From Alphaproteobacteria bacterium (GTDB taxonomy: Bacteria > Pseudomonadota > Alphaproteobacteria > MPNO01 > UBA830), in contig OZ219791.1 in the NCBI GenBank assembly GCA_964291215.2, positions 128,001-192,000 on the forward strand: a stretch of 64,000 nt of DNA, read 5' to 3'. A program made the position numbers and the translations under genes. Below the pieces are notes generated by a model, which was not told the origin of the DNA, searched no databases, and was given only the letters and a program-made list of their open reading frames with translations. The stretch's first letter is position 1. Every line of letters starts with the position of its first letter. This document shows positions 52,008 to 63,916 of this stretch, piece after piece.

Positions 52008-52729
52008 CCTCACCCCTGCCGAGAGCGCGATCGGGACTGTATCGACAGTCTCCCTACTACGACACGACTTGGGGAGAATGTCTGCAGATCATCGTCGAGG
52101 CCGACATCGAGGAGATCGAACCGCCTTGGGACACCTGGAACCCGGACGGTCACGTGCCCGGGGGCGGCAAGGTAGCCGCGTTCACGTGACCAATGGACGG
52201 CAACCCGCCGCCGGGACCACAAGCTTCATGTCGCCTCGCTCGCAGGGCAAATCCCACACCGCTTGTGGACAACCACAGAAAATATCACCGCAGACACCCG
52301 CAAAAACCTTGCCAAGAAACATGGATGCTCGGGACATGGATCACGGATATCGAGGCCACCTTCCGTTCATTGAAATCCGAGCCCGGATTGCGCCCGGCCA
52401 GCGCATCGCCGCTCACCTGTTGATCGCCGTGCTCGCCACGGTGCATCTGATCCCCGCGCGGGGCATCCACAAGTGCTGGACATCAATCCGCGAGAGCATC
52501 TGGATCAGGGTCACCACGCGCCTGCGCGCATTGATCGTCAACCGACAGGACACGCACCGCCGAGGTTGCCGAAATCTCCTCGGCGGCTGGTGTCGAACCC
52601 GCCGCACGAGGAGCCGCCTCGCAAGCTGACAGAATTCAACGGAATGTAGTGCCATGTTGAAATCGGCCGACAAAAAATCGCGCAACGTGAGAAAAATTCC
52701 AGGCCGCAAAAAGTGCCAACTTGGGTTTA

Positions 52730-52996
52730 GCTCCTAAGGACTGGAAACGGACCCTCAATCGCTGAATCCTGCAACCGACAACCAGCACAGGATGGCGCTC
52801 AGCTCCTACTCCGCAGCGCCGGGACAAAACCGCAACCAATGCGGAAAACACGGCATGTCGCCAGTGTCCGCCAACCTCACCGCGCATCCCCGCCCAGCGG
52901 TGCACGAAACCACTCCGGATGACGCTGGAACTCCCTGACAAAAGCCCGTCAAACGGACAAAAACAACAACACTTCACCGCACGAACGAACGCTTAC
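52730..52996 (+). mobile_element. IS66 type 2 right-end fragment
   Basis: Reverse-complement similarity to 15083-15330; ends gaacgaacgcttac. Confidence 0.75.
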
Positions 52997-53244
52997 CAAA
53001 ATCTAGCGTGGGAAAGTCCTAGCTTAACCCTAACCTGTTTCCGGAAAGGCAACGGCTTAATTCCTCCTGGCTTTCGGACCGCTCAAGCCACTCTCCTGCA
53101 TAGAATGCGTCCGCCATGAACGCGTTTGTCGGCGCTGAAAGAAGCGTGTCCGGCAATGTGACAAGATCCCGCTGGAAACGATGGGACGCTGTCGGACCCT
53201 GATATATACTCTCGTCGCTGCCGACAGCGGGGGAAGTTGCCCTC

Positions 53245-54041
53245 ATGGCGAGGAGATGGAAAAGGAAGCGGCGGGCCAAAGGAAAAAACGCCATCCCGAA
53301 GGCCTCCTCGTCTAGCGCGATCCCCCGCATCACCCTCGTGGATTTCCTCCGCGGCGCAGCCCTGCTCGGCATGACCGTCTTCCATTTCGTCTATGACCTC
53401 GAGTTTTTCGGCCGAAGGAACGCGGCTACTCGGAGCAGCTCCATTGGTGGACGCTCGCCATCATCGTTGCCGGCAGCTTTCTCTTTCTCACCGGCGCGAG
53501 CCTTTATCTCGCGCACAACGACGGAATCCGGTGGAAACCCTGGATACGGCGCCTCGCAATCATCGTGCTTGCCGCGCTCGCGATCACCGTCGTGACCCGG
53601 TTCGTGACGCCGGACAACTACATCTTCTTCGGCATCCTGCATATGATCGCGGTTGCTAGCGTCGCCGGGCTCGTATTTCTCCAGGCTCCATGATGGTCGG
53701 CCGTGGCATGCGCGGTCGCGATTTTCGCGGTCGATCAGGCCATTGCGCCGGAGTGGCTGAACGCATCCGCCCTGAGTTGGCTTGGCCTCGGAAGCGTCGC
53801 GCCCGTGGCCAGCGATTTCCGCCCGGTGTTTCCTTGGCTCGCGCCGGCCCTTCTCGGGATAGGAGCGGCGAAGCTGTGCCACCCGTCAGGCTGACTGCAG
53901 GTTCTGGCAACGCCGGAGCTCAAGGGAAGATCCGCAAACGCCGTGCGCTTCATCGGCCGCCACAGCCTCGTTTACTACCTGCTTCATCAGCCAGTGCTCC
54001 TCGCCCTTTTCTGGGCATCGCCCAAGCTTGTGGGGCGCTGA
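53245..54041 (+). pseudogene. DUF1624 membrane protein (heparan-alpha-glucosaminide acetyltransferase-like), frameshifted
   Basis: RITLVDFLRGAALLGM.VFHFVYDL, IFFGILH, DFRPVFPW and FIGRHSL.YYLLHQP lie in different frames. Confidence 0.75.
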
Positions 54042-54293
54042 TCCGCGTTTCTCGCCGGTGTCGCGGTCTGCGCCGCGTCCCTGCGTTCGCTCAGCAAGGA
54101 ACGCCTTGTCATCGCGTTTTCTCCTTGACGAGTCGACCACTGTCGGAAGGCAAGCGTAAGAGCCCCTTCATGCGAACTGTGCGTCACATCCTCACAAAAT
54201 CCCGTACACCCGCAAACATTCCCGGTTTGACATGGCGGCGCTACGCCCATAGCAATTCCGCGGTTCCGGGAGCGGCAGCAAGGCAGGTTCCGA

Positions 54294-55469
54294 ATGGCGA
54301 ACGAGACGGCAACGGCATCCCCAGCCGGCGCGGCACCGGCAGTGACCGCCGGTTGCGCCGAGCTGGCGCGAGCCCGTCCGATGGCGCTCGATTCGGGCGA
54401 GGAGATCGGTCCGTTCGAGGTTGCCTACACGACTGTCGGCGGTCTCAATGCCGACAGATCTAATGCCATCCTCGTATGCCATGCCCTGACCGGCGACCAG
54501 CATGTCTACGGCACCCATCCGGTGACGGGCCGGCCTGGATGGTGGGAGGAGATGGTCGGACCCGGCAGGCCGCTCGACACCGACCGCTACTTCATCGTCT
54601 GCGCCAACGTTCTGGGCGGCTGCATGGGATCAGCAGGACCGAACGGTACCAACCCCGCGACCGGAAGCATCTGGGGCCTCGATTTTCCCGTCATCACGGT
54701 CGGCGACATGGTGCGGGCGCAGGCCCTGCTGCTCGATGAGCTCGGAATCGACCAGCTTTTCTGCGCGATTGGCGGTTCAATGGGGGCGATGCAGGCCCTC
54801 GAGTGGGCCGCAAGCCACCGCGACCGCGTGTTCTCGGTCGTCCCGGTGGCGGGGGCCGCGCGCCACTCGGCGCAGAACATCGCCTTTCACGAGGTCGGGC
54901 GTCAAGCCATCATGGCCGATCCCGAATGGCATGGCGGCACCTATCACGGCAAGGGCGTGGTGCCCCGACGCGGTCTCTCGGTCGCGCGCATGGCGGCGCA
55001 TATCACCTACCTGTCAGAGGTCGCGCTGCACCGCAAGTTCGGACGCCGGCTGCAGGCGCGCGACGCGCTCAGTTTCGGTTTCGATGCCGACTTCCAGGTC
55101 GAAAGCTACCTGCGCCACCAGGGCAGCACGTTCGTCGACAGGTTCGACGCCAACTCATACCTCTACATCACCCGGGCAATGGACTATTTCGACCTGGCGG
55201 CAAACCACGACGGCAGGCTCGCCAGCGTCTTCCAGGGCACGCCGGTGCGGTTCTGCCTGATCTCATTCACCAGCGACTGGCTCTTTCCGACCGCCGAAAG
55301 CCGGGAGATCGTGCGCGCGCTGAACGCGGCGGCGGCCAATGTGAGCTTCGTCGAGATCGAGACCGACAAGGGCCACGACGCGTTCCTCCTCGACGAGCCG
55401 GAATTCCATGCCACCGTCACCGGCTTCCTCGAAGGCGCCGCCGAGCACCGGGGGCTCCCCGTCCGATGA
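54294..55469 (+). CDS. metX: Homoserine O-acetyltransferase
   Basis: CHALTGD, GGSMG nucleophile elbow, RFDANSYLY and GHDAFL motifs. Confidence 0.95.
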   Translation: MANETATASPAGAAPAVTAGCAELARARPMALDSGEEIGPFEVAYTTVGGLNADRSNAILVCHALTGDQHVYGTHPVTGRPGWWEEMVGPGRPLDTDRYFIVCANVLGGCMGSAGPNGTNPATGSIWGLDFPVITVGDMVRAQALLLDELGIDQLFCAIGGSMGAMQALEWAASHRDRVFSVVPVAGAARHSAQNIAFHEVGRQAIMADPEWHGGTYHGKGVVPRRGLSVARMAAHITYLSEVALHRKFGRRLQARDALSFGFDADFQVESYLRHQGSTFVDRFDANSYLYITRAMDYFDLAANHDGRLASVFQGTPVRFCLISFTSDWLFPTAESREIVRALNAAAANVSFVEIETDKGHDAFLLDEPEFHATVTGFLEGAAEHRGLPVR

Positions 55470-56119
55470 ACGGAAACCCGGGCTCGGCGGGATCCGCAGC
55501 CCCGGCGCCGGGCCGGCCGATGCGCCCTGACTTGGCGCTGATAGCCGACATGATCACGCCGGAGAGCCGCGTTCTGGACATCGGCTGCGGCGACGGAGCG
55601 CTGCTCGATCACCTCGTGCACAGCAAGGGCGTGGATGGCCGTGGCATAGAACTGAGCCAAGCCGGCGTCAACGCCTGCGTCGCCCACGGACTTTCGGTCA
55701 TCCAAGGGGACGCCGACACCGATCTCGCCCAGTATCCGGACCGCGCCTTTGACTACGCGGTACTGTCGCACACGCTTCAGGTAACCCGGAATCCGAAGAG
55801 CGTGGTTTCCCACCTCGTCCGCATCGGAACCCACGCTGTCGTGTCGTTCACCAATTTCGGTCATTGGCGCTTCCGGCTCGATCTCCTACTTCAGGGCCGC
55901 ATGCCGGCAGTGAGCGCCAGCGGCGACAACTGGTACGACACGGCGAATATCCACCTGTGCACGATCCGCGACTTTGCCGAGATGTGCGGTGAACTCGAAC
56001 TCACCGTCAATCGCGCCGTTTCGCTGTCGCGCTCCGGCCTGACCCGGGAACTGAACGGAATCGGCGCGAGCGCAAACATGCGGAGCGAGGAGGCGATCTT
56101 CCTGCTGACGAAACGCTGA
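55466..56119 (+). CDS. metW: Methionine biosynthesis protein MetW
   Basis: [22 protein letters not shown] and [14 protein letters not shown] motifs; ATGA overlap with metX. Confidence 0.92.
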   Translation: MNGNPGSAGSAAPAPGRPMRPDLALIADMITPESRVLDIGCGDGALLDHLVHSKGVDGRGIELSQAGVNACVAHGLSVIQGDADTDLAQYPDRAFDYAVLSHTLQVTRNPKSVVSHLVRIGTHAVVSFTNFGHWRFRLDLLLQGRMPAVSASGDNWYDTANIHLCTIRDFAEMCGELELTVNRAVSLSRSGLTRELNGIGASANMRSEEAIFLLTKR

Positions 56120-56942
56120 CGCTCGGCCCTGTCACACGGCCCGGCCGGCGCCGCGATTCACAGCTTCGGACACTGTCCGCGGGGCTTCCACCGAATCTGC
56201 CACGCGGCGCCGAACCGTGCTCGGTGCCGCCGACGATTCTCGCGTAGCGGCGCCTGCGGAGATCGCGCCCGGCGCCAGCGAGGGTCCCGGCATAGATCTG
56301 CTTCTCGGCCTCGACGAAAAGCAATCCGCCAAAGGCGCGGAACCAGCGCCGCCCGATCTCCTCAAGCGCCGGCGCCGAGCGGAGAATTATCCGTGACCGG
56401 CTGGGTGGCATGTAGAGGCCGATCGCCGGCGGCGACGGCACGAACAGGTTCTCGCGCAGCAGCCGTCCCAGCTGTCCCGGCGTGTAGGGATGCCCGTGAC
56501 CGAAGGGCGTGTGATCCAGCCGCGCCCAGATACCGCGACGGTTGGGCACCAGCAGGAGCACCCGGCCGCCATCGGCCAGGATCCTCCAGACCTCGCGCAG
56601 CAGGCCGCGGAGATTCTCCGAGCATTCGAGTGCATGTACCAGTACCACCCGGTCCATCGAGACATCGGGAAGCGGCAGCTGTTCTTCCGGCACCAGCGCC
56701 GCAGCATTGCGGCCTGAAGCCGGCCACCGGATCACGCCTTGGCGGGCCGGCATCAGCGCGACCGCTCTCTGGGCTTCCTCGACATACGGCGCGAGATAGG
56801 GAAGGGCGTATCCGATGCCGACCACGTTCATGCCTGAAAGGTCCGGCCACATGGCGCGAATCTGCCGCCGCACGACACGGCGCGCCGCGCGGCCTGCAGG
56901 AGACGCGTAAAAGTCACGCAGATCAACGACATCATTGTACAT
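56007..56942 (-). CDS. Class I SAM-dependent methyltransferase (YafS-like), divergent from gloB
   Basis: MYNDVVDLRDFY, LPLPD.S.DRVVLVHALE and VPNRRG.WAR..TPFGHGHPY motifs; 3' end uncertain. Confidence 0.85.
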   Translation of the reverse strand: MYNDVVDLRDFYASPAGRAARRVVRRQIRAMWPDLSGMNVVGIGYALPYLAPYVEEAQRAVALMPARQGVIRWPASGRNAAALVPEEQLPLPDVSMDRVVLVHALECSENLRGLLREVWRILADGGRVLLLVPNRRGIWARLDHTPFGHGHPYTPGQLGRLLRENLFVPSPPAIGLYMPPSRSRIILRSAPALEEIGRRWFRAFGGLLFVEAEKQIYAGTLAGAGRDLRRRRYARIVGGTEHGSAPRGRFGGSPADSVRSCESRRRPGRVTGPSVSVSSAGRSPPRSACLRSRRFRSVPGSGRSATAKRRD

Positions 56943-57071
56943 TCGCTGAATATGCGCCATCGCGGGCGATGAGGAAAGCGTTACCCGCGGCGCACAGGAA
57001 CTGGCATCGAGCCGGCGATTTTGATAGCTTGCGCGGCCAACCGGAAACCGCCCCACGCTGGAGGTCAACCC

Positions 57072-57842
57072 ATGTCGACACTGGAAATCCATCAGATCCC
57101 GACACGATCCGACAACTATGTCTATCTGCTGCGGGAGAGCTCCTCGGGCAACGCTGCCGTCGTCGATCCGTCGGACGCGGACCCCGTTCTCGACACGCTC
57201 GAGATGTTCGGATGGAACCTGACCCATGTGCTGGCGACCCACCACCACGACGACCACATCGGCGGTGTTCCGAAGATCAAGGAGGCGACGGGCTGCATCG
57301 TGGTGGGGCCGAAGGCAGACCGCGAACGGATTCCGATGATCGACATCGAGGTTGCGGACGGCGACATCTACCGGCTCTACGAGGCGGAGGCCAAGGTCTG
57401 GGATGTGCCGGGCCACACGCGTGGCCACATCGCCTACTGGTTCGCGGAAAGCCGCGCGCTGTTCTGTGGCGACACGCTGTTCGCGCTCGGCTGCGGCCGA
57501 GTGTTCGAGGGCACCCACCAGCAGATGTACGACTCGATCTCCAAGTTCGCCGAGGTCCCGGACGAGACGTGGGTTTACTGTGCCCACGAATACACCATGT
57601 CGAACGCCCGGTTCGCGCTCCATGTCGATCCCGACAACGCCGCCCTCAAAGGCTATGCCTGCCAGATCGAGCGCAGGCGGGAGGCGGGCGTCTCCACGGT
57701 GCCGTCACTAATGGGCCTTGAGCGCCGCACCAACCCGTTCCTGCGAGCCGACGACGCGGCGTTCGCCGCGGCGCTTGGTATGGCCGACAAGACCCCGGTC
57801 GAGGTCTTCGCCGAGGTGCGGACGCGCAAGGACACCTTCTGA
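57072..57842 (+). CDS. gloB: Hydroxyacylglutathione hydrolase
   Basis: THHHDDHIGG, PGHT.GH, FCGDTLF..GCGR, CAHEYT and TNPFLR motifs. Confidence 0.95.
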   Translation: MSTLEIHQIPTRSDNYVYLLRESSSGNAAVVDPSDADPVLDTLEMFGWNLTHVLATHHHDDHIGGVPKIKEATGCIVVGPKADRERIPMIDIEVADGDIYRLYEAEAKVWDVPGHTRGHIAYWFAESRALFCGDTLFALGCGRVFEGTHQQMYDSISKFAEVPDETWVYCAHEYTMSNARFALHVDPDNAALKGYACQIERRREAGVSTVPSLMGLERRTNPFLRADDAAFAAALGMADKTPVEVFAEVRTRKDTF

Positions 57843-57881
57843 ACCGGCCTTCCGGTTCGCCACCGAACGAGGACATTAGAG

Positions 57882-58499
57882 ATGAAGCTGCGCTGGTCGC
57901 CAACCTCGCCCTTTGCCCGCAAGGTCATGGTCATGATCAGGGAAAAGGGCATCGAGAGCTCCCTCATGCTCGAAAAATCCAATCCGCTCAGCCGCGAGGA
58001 TCGCGCGGCGACGCCCAACCCGCTGGGCAAGATCCCCTGCCTCGTCACCGACGACGGCGAGGCGCTCTATGACTCTTCGGTCATCCTCCAGTATCTCGAC
58101 GCGGTCTGCGACGGTCCAGAACTGCTCGCGCCGGACGGCCCGGCGCGCTGGACGGCGCTGCGCCGCGAGGCTCTTGCCAACGGCATGATCGAGGCCATGG
58201 TCGCATGTTTCGTCGAAAGCCTCCGCAAGCCCGAACGGCAGTCCGCCGGCTGGCTTGCGCACAACAGGTCGGTGACCCTGAATGCTGCCGCGGCGCTCGA
58301 ACCGGAAGCCACGGACCTCGCCGGCAGGGTCGATATCGGCACGATCTCGGTCGCGGTCGCTCTCGCCTATGCCGACCACGCGTTCGCGGACGAGGACTGG
58401 CGTTCCGCCAGCCCGGAACTCGCCCGCTGGTTCGAAGGCTTCAACGCGCGCCCGTCGATGAAGGAAACCGTCCTGGTCGACGTCCGGGACTTCAGCTGA
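57882..58499 (+). CDS. Glutathione S-transferase family protein
   Basis: SPFARKV and NPLGKIPCL..LYDSSVI motifs. Confidence 0.9.
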   Translation: MKLRWSPTSPFARKVMVMIREKGIESSLMLEKSNPLSREDRAATPNPLGKIPCLVTDDGEALYDSSVILQYLDAVCDGPELLAPDGPARWTALRREALANGMIEAMVACFVESLRKPERQSAGWLAHNRSVTLNAAAALEPEATDLAGRVDIGTISVAVALAYADHAFADEDWRSASPELARWFEGFNARPSMKETVLVDVRDFS

Positions 58500-58597
58500 T
58501 CTGGAGCCGCGGGATCAGGTCCGCAATCCCGCCGCACTGAAGGCCGGGCCTTCCCGCTTGCAGAACGGGCCGGATCCGGGCGCCCGTGCCGTCGCCG

Positions 58598-59600
58598 TCA
58601 GCCGTATCCCGGCGGCTGCACAAAGCGCCGCCAAGCGTGTTCGAGGAGCCGGGCGAACCGGATGCAGCCGAGATCGCCATATTGCTGGCCGATGATCTGG
58701 ATGCCGAGCGGAAGCCCTTCGTCCCCGAGACCGATCGGCGCGACCGAGGCAGGCAGGTAGGCGAGGTTCGCGTAGCCCGCCAGCGAAATCTGGTTCATGA
58801 AGGGCAGCATCTCGCCGTCGACCGATGTCCGGCGCTCATAAGGCGGGGTGTGGTCGTGGCGGATCGCCGCCGAGACCGTCACCGGCGCCAGCATCAGGTC
58901 GCAGCGCCCAAAGAACTCGTGCCATATCCAGCGGATCCGTTGACGCGCCTCGTCGTGGCGCAGCCAGTCGCGGTGCGACAGGGTCACGCCGTGCAGACGG
59001 CGCGCCGGCTTGCTGCCGTCCCCGGCGGCAAGCTGGCCGAGCGCCCCGAAATTGCCGGCGAATTCGTCGTCCGTCTGATGACCCGATGTCGCCGCCCGGA
59101 GCAGGATATCGAAGAGGCGGTGGGAATTGGCCGCGTCGAACGCGGGGCGGATGCCGATCCTCACCTTCACCCCGTTGCGGCGGAGAAAGCGGGCAAGTTC
59201 CTCGTGAAGGCGCCGGATCTCGTGCGCCGAGGGAACGGTTTCGTCCTCTAGGAGGAGAGAAACCCTGTAGTCCTCGAGGTTCCGGCCGCGCGGCGCCGGC
59301 AGGCGGAGCCGGAGTCCCGCCGCATCGATCTCGTCGGGACCGCCTATCACCGAGAGCATTAGCGAAAGGTCATCAGCGCTGCGCGCCAGCGGTCCGATCA
59401 CAAACATGTCCAAAGGCGCCAGGTTGCCGTCAAGCGCATGTCCATTGGTCGGGCATATGCCCATGATCAGCTTGTGCCCAAAGAGCCCGCACCAGGCGGC
59501 GGGGTTGCAGATGGAGCCTGCAATATCGCTTCCGAGCTCGAGCGCGGTGAAGCCGGCAGCAAGCGCCGCCGGACGAGCCACCCGGGGCTCGGGCGGGATC
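58598..59600 (-). pseudogene. Amidase, 5'-truncated by an ISAs1 element
   Basis: PGGSSGG and ELGSDIAGSI.NPA..CG.FGHK amidase signature; GLPLG.QI; N-terminus missing. Confidence 0.8.
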
Positions 59601-59607
59601 CCACGGG

Positions 59608-61212
59608 CAGGGCAATCTTACGCTAAATTCTGGTCGATTTTTCAAGGCAGTCCCTGGGTTTTGCGGGGGCGCGGGTTGATGCGGGAGATTTTTTGCAGTT
59701 TTCGCTGGCTTTCCTGCACTGGAGTTGTCATGGTGAGGGGATGTCGATTCACAAGCACATCGCGTCCTGTCTGATTCACGTCGCAGCTCCGGAAGGGTCT
59801 ATCCGAGGTTCGCGAAGCCTGAGGAGCGTCCGCTGCGTTGATGGACGACTATCTCGGGTTTCGCCGTCTGGCGGGGCTGCGCCATATTGCGTTCTTCAGG
59901 GGGCAGTGGTGGCGTGACGGGGCCTTCAAGTGCCGCGACCAGTGGCTGGAAGCCGGAGCAGCAGTGGCTTGATCTGACAACACGCGACTGCTTGCGGCGC
60001 CGGGAACGTTTCCGAACCTTGCCTCCTTCTTTCTTGCGACGCGGCGTCTGGCCGACGACTGGGCCTACGGCCACCAGGTGGCGGAGACGTTCTGCGATCC
60101 GGCGCGTTTTGCGGGCACAAGGCGGCGGGCTGGCGTGCCAGAGGGGGTTGCCCGCGGGCGCTGCACCGATCCCCATGGCAAGGAGATTTTCGTTGTGCGG
60201 CGCGGCGGCTGCTGTCGCAGGCGCTGCCGGGCGCCGCCTGCCTCCTCGCTCCCCGGGGTTCTGAGGTAATGCGTTCGCTGCACGACGAGCTGCGGCGATC
60301 GAGGACTTCCGCCGCGCAGGAAGCACACGGTGTGCTCACGTTCTCGCCGAGCTTGCGAATATGAAAGGCTGTCTCGCAGTTTGCGCGGTCGCTGTCCCGG
60401 GACGAGTTCGAGGCCGTCGGCGGAACCCGAGGACGGGGCTGCGCGAGTCGCCCTCCAGGGCGACCCCCCACCGGGTCGTCCGGTCGATCGACCCCGAGGC
60501 GCTCGAGGATGTGCTCGGCCGCGGGCTCGCCCGGGCGCTTGCCGCCGACGGCAAGCGCATCCGCGGCGCCAACCGCGACCACGAGACCGTGGCCCTCACG
60601 CCTCCGGCGCACCCTTCGCGCTGTTGAACTTCGACGACGGCGAGCTGGCGGCCACCTCCTCGAGCGCACCGATGTCCGCGGCAAGGTGATCACCCGCGCT
60701 GCACACGACGCCCAAGACGGCGATGCTGATCACCCGGCGCTGCGGCACAGACCACGTCTTCCCGGTCAAGGGCGCCCGAAACCTTCGACGGCATCGACTG
60801 GGAGACAGATGCCAGCGGCCGCTTCAAGGAAGAGTAAGGCCTACGGACGCCTCGAGCAGCGCTCGATACGTGCCGCTCGAGGACCTGATCAACTACCCCG
60901 GCAGATCGCCCGCATGCTACCGCAAGCCGCCGGGAAAGAGCGCCAGCGGCGCAGCGAGCGGCAACGACTGCACCGGTACATCAGCTCGATGCGCAACACG
61001 CGTCGCCAGAGGAACTGCTGCGGCCGCGGGCTGTGGAAAACATGAACCACCGAGACTGCGTCTTCGGCGAAGACGCCTGCCTGACCCGCAAACCGCGCCA
61101 GCCTCGACAACATCGCGCTCGCGGTGATCTTCGCCAACCGACGCGAGAGCCTCGCCGAAACACGGCGGCGGCTCGACCGCCGGGAAGCCGTCGCAGCTCT
61201 GACTCGGCCCTG
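59608..61212 (+). mobile_element. Second ISAs1-family element with DUF4338-like N-terminus, degraded
   Basis: PNLASFFL, AETFCDPARFAGT, DGKRIRGA, GRLEQRSI and ENMNHRDCVFGED motifs; caggg / ccctg ends. Confidence 0.7.
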
Positions 61213-61393
61213 AGCACAATGGTGTCCGGCCGATTCCCGGACGCCGTCCACAACCCGCCTACATCCCGAAAACAACCCGCCCACGCGCCGATAACGCCGC
61301 CGGCAGCGACCGCGTACGGCCCAAAGCCAGAAAACCTGATAAGAATGCGGAAATTCATGCTCCGTTCAGCGGTCATTCAAGACATCGACCACA

Positions 61394-62361
61394 GCGTGGG
61401 AAAGTCTTGAGGCTTGGGCTGATGATGATGGGCGGCAGCGGAGACGTTCTTCGGCAAGCTCGGCGCCATGACGCCGTCTGTGAGCACCTTGCAGCGCCTG
61501 ACCATGCAGGAGCACCGGGAAAGTCTCGGCCCCCTGGATGACATCCGGGAAGCGGAGGACATCCCGCAGGATGCAGTCACCGCCTCGCTGGACGGTGTCA
61601 TGGTGGCGCTGCGGGCCGGCGAGGGCGGCCGTTCCGAAGCCTGCTGGCGCCGCGAGGCGGCCTGTGGCACGGCCTCCTTCCACGACACCGACGGTGAGCG
61701 CCTGAAGACCGTCTATCTCGGCCGCATGCCCGAGGGCCGAAAGCACACGCTGAAGGCGCAGCTCGCAAACGAGGTCGAGCAGGCGGAGACGTCCCGATAT
61801 CGGGATCAGCGCCGACGCCGCTGCCGACAACTGGACCTTCCTCAGGGGTCTCAAGCCCGAAACCGAGGTGATCGACTTGCCTGCGAGCATCTGCGCGTGA
61901 CGGCCGACCATGCAGCGGCGCCCCACTGGTTCGAGAAATACCGCGAGATCCTGCGTCACGATCCCCGCGGCATCGACAGGGTTGATCCGGGCGCTGCGCC
62001 ACCTTCGCGACACTGCGGCGCCAACGGGCCGATGTCGACAGGGAACTGTCCTTCTTCCGCAAGCATCGCCACCGAATGCGCTACCACGCGCTGAAGCAAC
62101 CGGCTCGGGAATTGTCGAGGCGGCAAACAAGACCCTCGTCACACAGCGCATGAAACGCTCCGGCATGCGCTGGCGCATCGTCGGCGGACAATCACCTTCC
62201 GCGCCCTGCTCAAATCCGGCCGCTTCGAAAGCGCGTGGACGGCCATGATCGGTGCAGACGGCGCACCAGCCAACGACAACATCAGCCCAAATCACACCCC
62301 GGCACTGTGAGATGAACAAATGGTACTGAGCCTGCAACTGTGCCATACGAGTCTCTCACCC
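61394..62361 (+). mobile_element. ISKra4/UPF0236-like element, degraded
   Basis: SLDGVMV, YLGRMPE and GSGIVEAANKTLVTQRMKRSGMRW motifs. Confidence 0.65.
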
Positions 62362-62362
62362 G

Positions 62363-62883
62363 ATCGGCGAGACACGGCAACCGATCGCCATGGCGCCAGG
62401 ACGGTCAGCGCGTGACGACTACGAGTATCGACGTTGCGGCACCTGCAATGTCTTCACGGAACCCCTGGCCGGCAAGCGCATGACCAAGGTGACCGAGCAC
62501 AAGACCAGGATCGACCGGGCGCAGCTCCTGGCCGACATCGCCGGGCGCTATCAGGACGCCACCACCATCACCCTGGTGATGGACAATCTCAACACTTCCC
62601 GGCGCCCTCTACGAGGCCTACCCGCCGGACGAGGCCCTGTGGGACCGCTTCGAGTTCGTCTACACCCCCAAGCACGGCAGTTGGCTGAACGTGGTCGAAC
62701 TCAACGTCATGATCCGCCAGTGTCTGAACCGCCGCATCGACTGCATCGAGGTGCTACGCCGGGAAGTCGCCGCCTGGCAGGCGACCGCATTCAGGCCAAG
62801 GTGGATTGGCAGTTCACCACCGACGATGCCCGCGTGAAACTCAAACGTCTCTATTCGACATTTGATGAATGACAGGACACTAG
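62363..62883 (+). mobile_element. IS630 type B, 3' half
   Basis: Matches 7635-8157; ends at CTAG. Confidence 0.85.
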
Positions 62884-63100
62884 GTAGTCGCGAGCCATCA
62901 CCACATCCGCGACGCCACCTTCCGCGAAGACGACTCCATGCTCCGAACGCGCCCGCAAACAACGCGATCACCCTCGCAATCGCCGTCATCATCCACAACA
63001 AGCGCAAGCTGCCCAAACCCTTCAACAGCTTCGTCGACACCACCATGGCGACAAGCGCAAGCAGGTCCTGCACGCAATCACAAGACCCGGCTGACCGCAG
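62884..63100 (+). pseudogene. ISAs1-like transposase C-terminal fragment
   Basis: HHIRDATFREDDSMLRT motif. Confidence 0.5.
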
Positions 63101-63243
63101 CGCTTCTGCCGGGGCTTCGCAAACGGCGGTCTGCCCCAATGCGCCGCGGCGCGTACGGCGGAGCTGGATTCCGGCTTTTTGACAGGCCCCGTGGAACATG
63201 GCAAACGGCAGCCGAACACCACAACGAACCATGGAGACCAGAT

Positions 63244-63546
63244 TTGGGAAAACCGGAATGGGGGAAAAAGCGGACATGCCAAGGTTGCGGGGCCCGCTAC
63301 TATGACATGCTGCGCAATCCGGCCATATGCCCGAAATGCGGAACCGAAGCGAATGCCCCGGGTTCGGCGAAACCGCAGCGCAGCCGCCCCGCGGCGGCGA
63401 CCGAAACGGCGCCTCCGAAGGCCGAGACCGCCTCGGCCGGCGGCTTCACCGATGAAGCCGTCGAACTGGAAGAGGTCGATGACACGCTGGAAGACGACAT
63501 CGGCCTCAATGGAGAAGACGGCGACGCGGCCGATCTTCCCGCCTAG
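63244..63546 (+). CDS. TIGR02300 / FYDLN-acid family protein (TTG start)
   Basis: KPEWGKKRTC..CGARYYDM...AICPKCG plus an acidic tail; GGAGA upstream; precedes tRNA-Ala. Confidence 0.85.
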   Translation: MGKPEWGKKRTCQGCGARYYDMLRNPAICPKCGTEANAPGSAKPQRSRPAAATETAPPKAETASAGGFTDEAVELEEVDDTLEDDIGLNGEDGDAADLPA

Positions 63547-63613
63547 CGCGGACACTTCGCGCCCCTGCCGGCCCCCGCCGCCCGGGAGGGGCGCACACGG
63601 GACGGGATTCAGC

Positions 63614-63642
63614 TTGCAATGGACAGCAGCGGCAGCTAGAAT
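63614..63642 (+). promoter_or_regulatory. Sigma70-like promoter for tRNA-Ala
   Basis: TTGCAA, 17 bp spacer, TAGAAT. Confidence 0.6.
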
Positions 63643-63693
63643 GTCTTTTCCACGATTTCAGGCGGGGATCCCGGTCCGCACCGGACCCGCGAC

Positions 63694-63769
<76 letters not shown>

Positions 63770-63916
63770 GTCATCCGAAAGGCTCGGCCGCAGCGGCCGG
63801 GCCTTTCCCGTTTCGGGGCCGGCGCGCCTCGCCGCCCGGCCGTAGGCGCACGATAGGGGCCGCGCACCCGCCCGCCGGCCCGTCGACAGCGGCCTGCACA
63901 AAAGGACCGAAGAGAG

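Larger units (their letters stand above)
48387..52725 (+). mobile_element. IS1634-family element interrupted by IS110 and IS630
   Basis: MFIRATKTRS..GDKVRQRTL, TDIEATFRSLKSE.GLRP and RIAAHLLIAVLA motifs; inverted ends cccaagttggca / tgccaacttggg. Confidence 0.75.

Noticed and set aside
40918-52996. One giant IS66 type 2 element spanning 12 kb
   Set aside because: The ends are in compatible orientation, but the flanks (cacgaagc versus caaaatct) give no 8-bp target duplication.
54040-54293. SAM-II riboswitch expected upstream of metX
   Set aside because: I could not find the consensus by eye; only a TTGACA with a weak -10 is present. An Infernal search would be needed.
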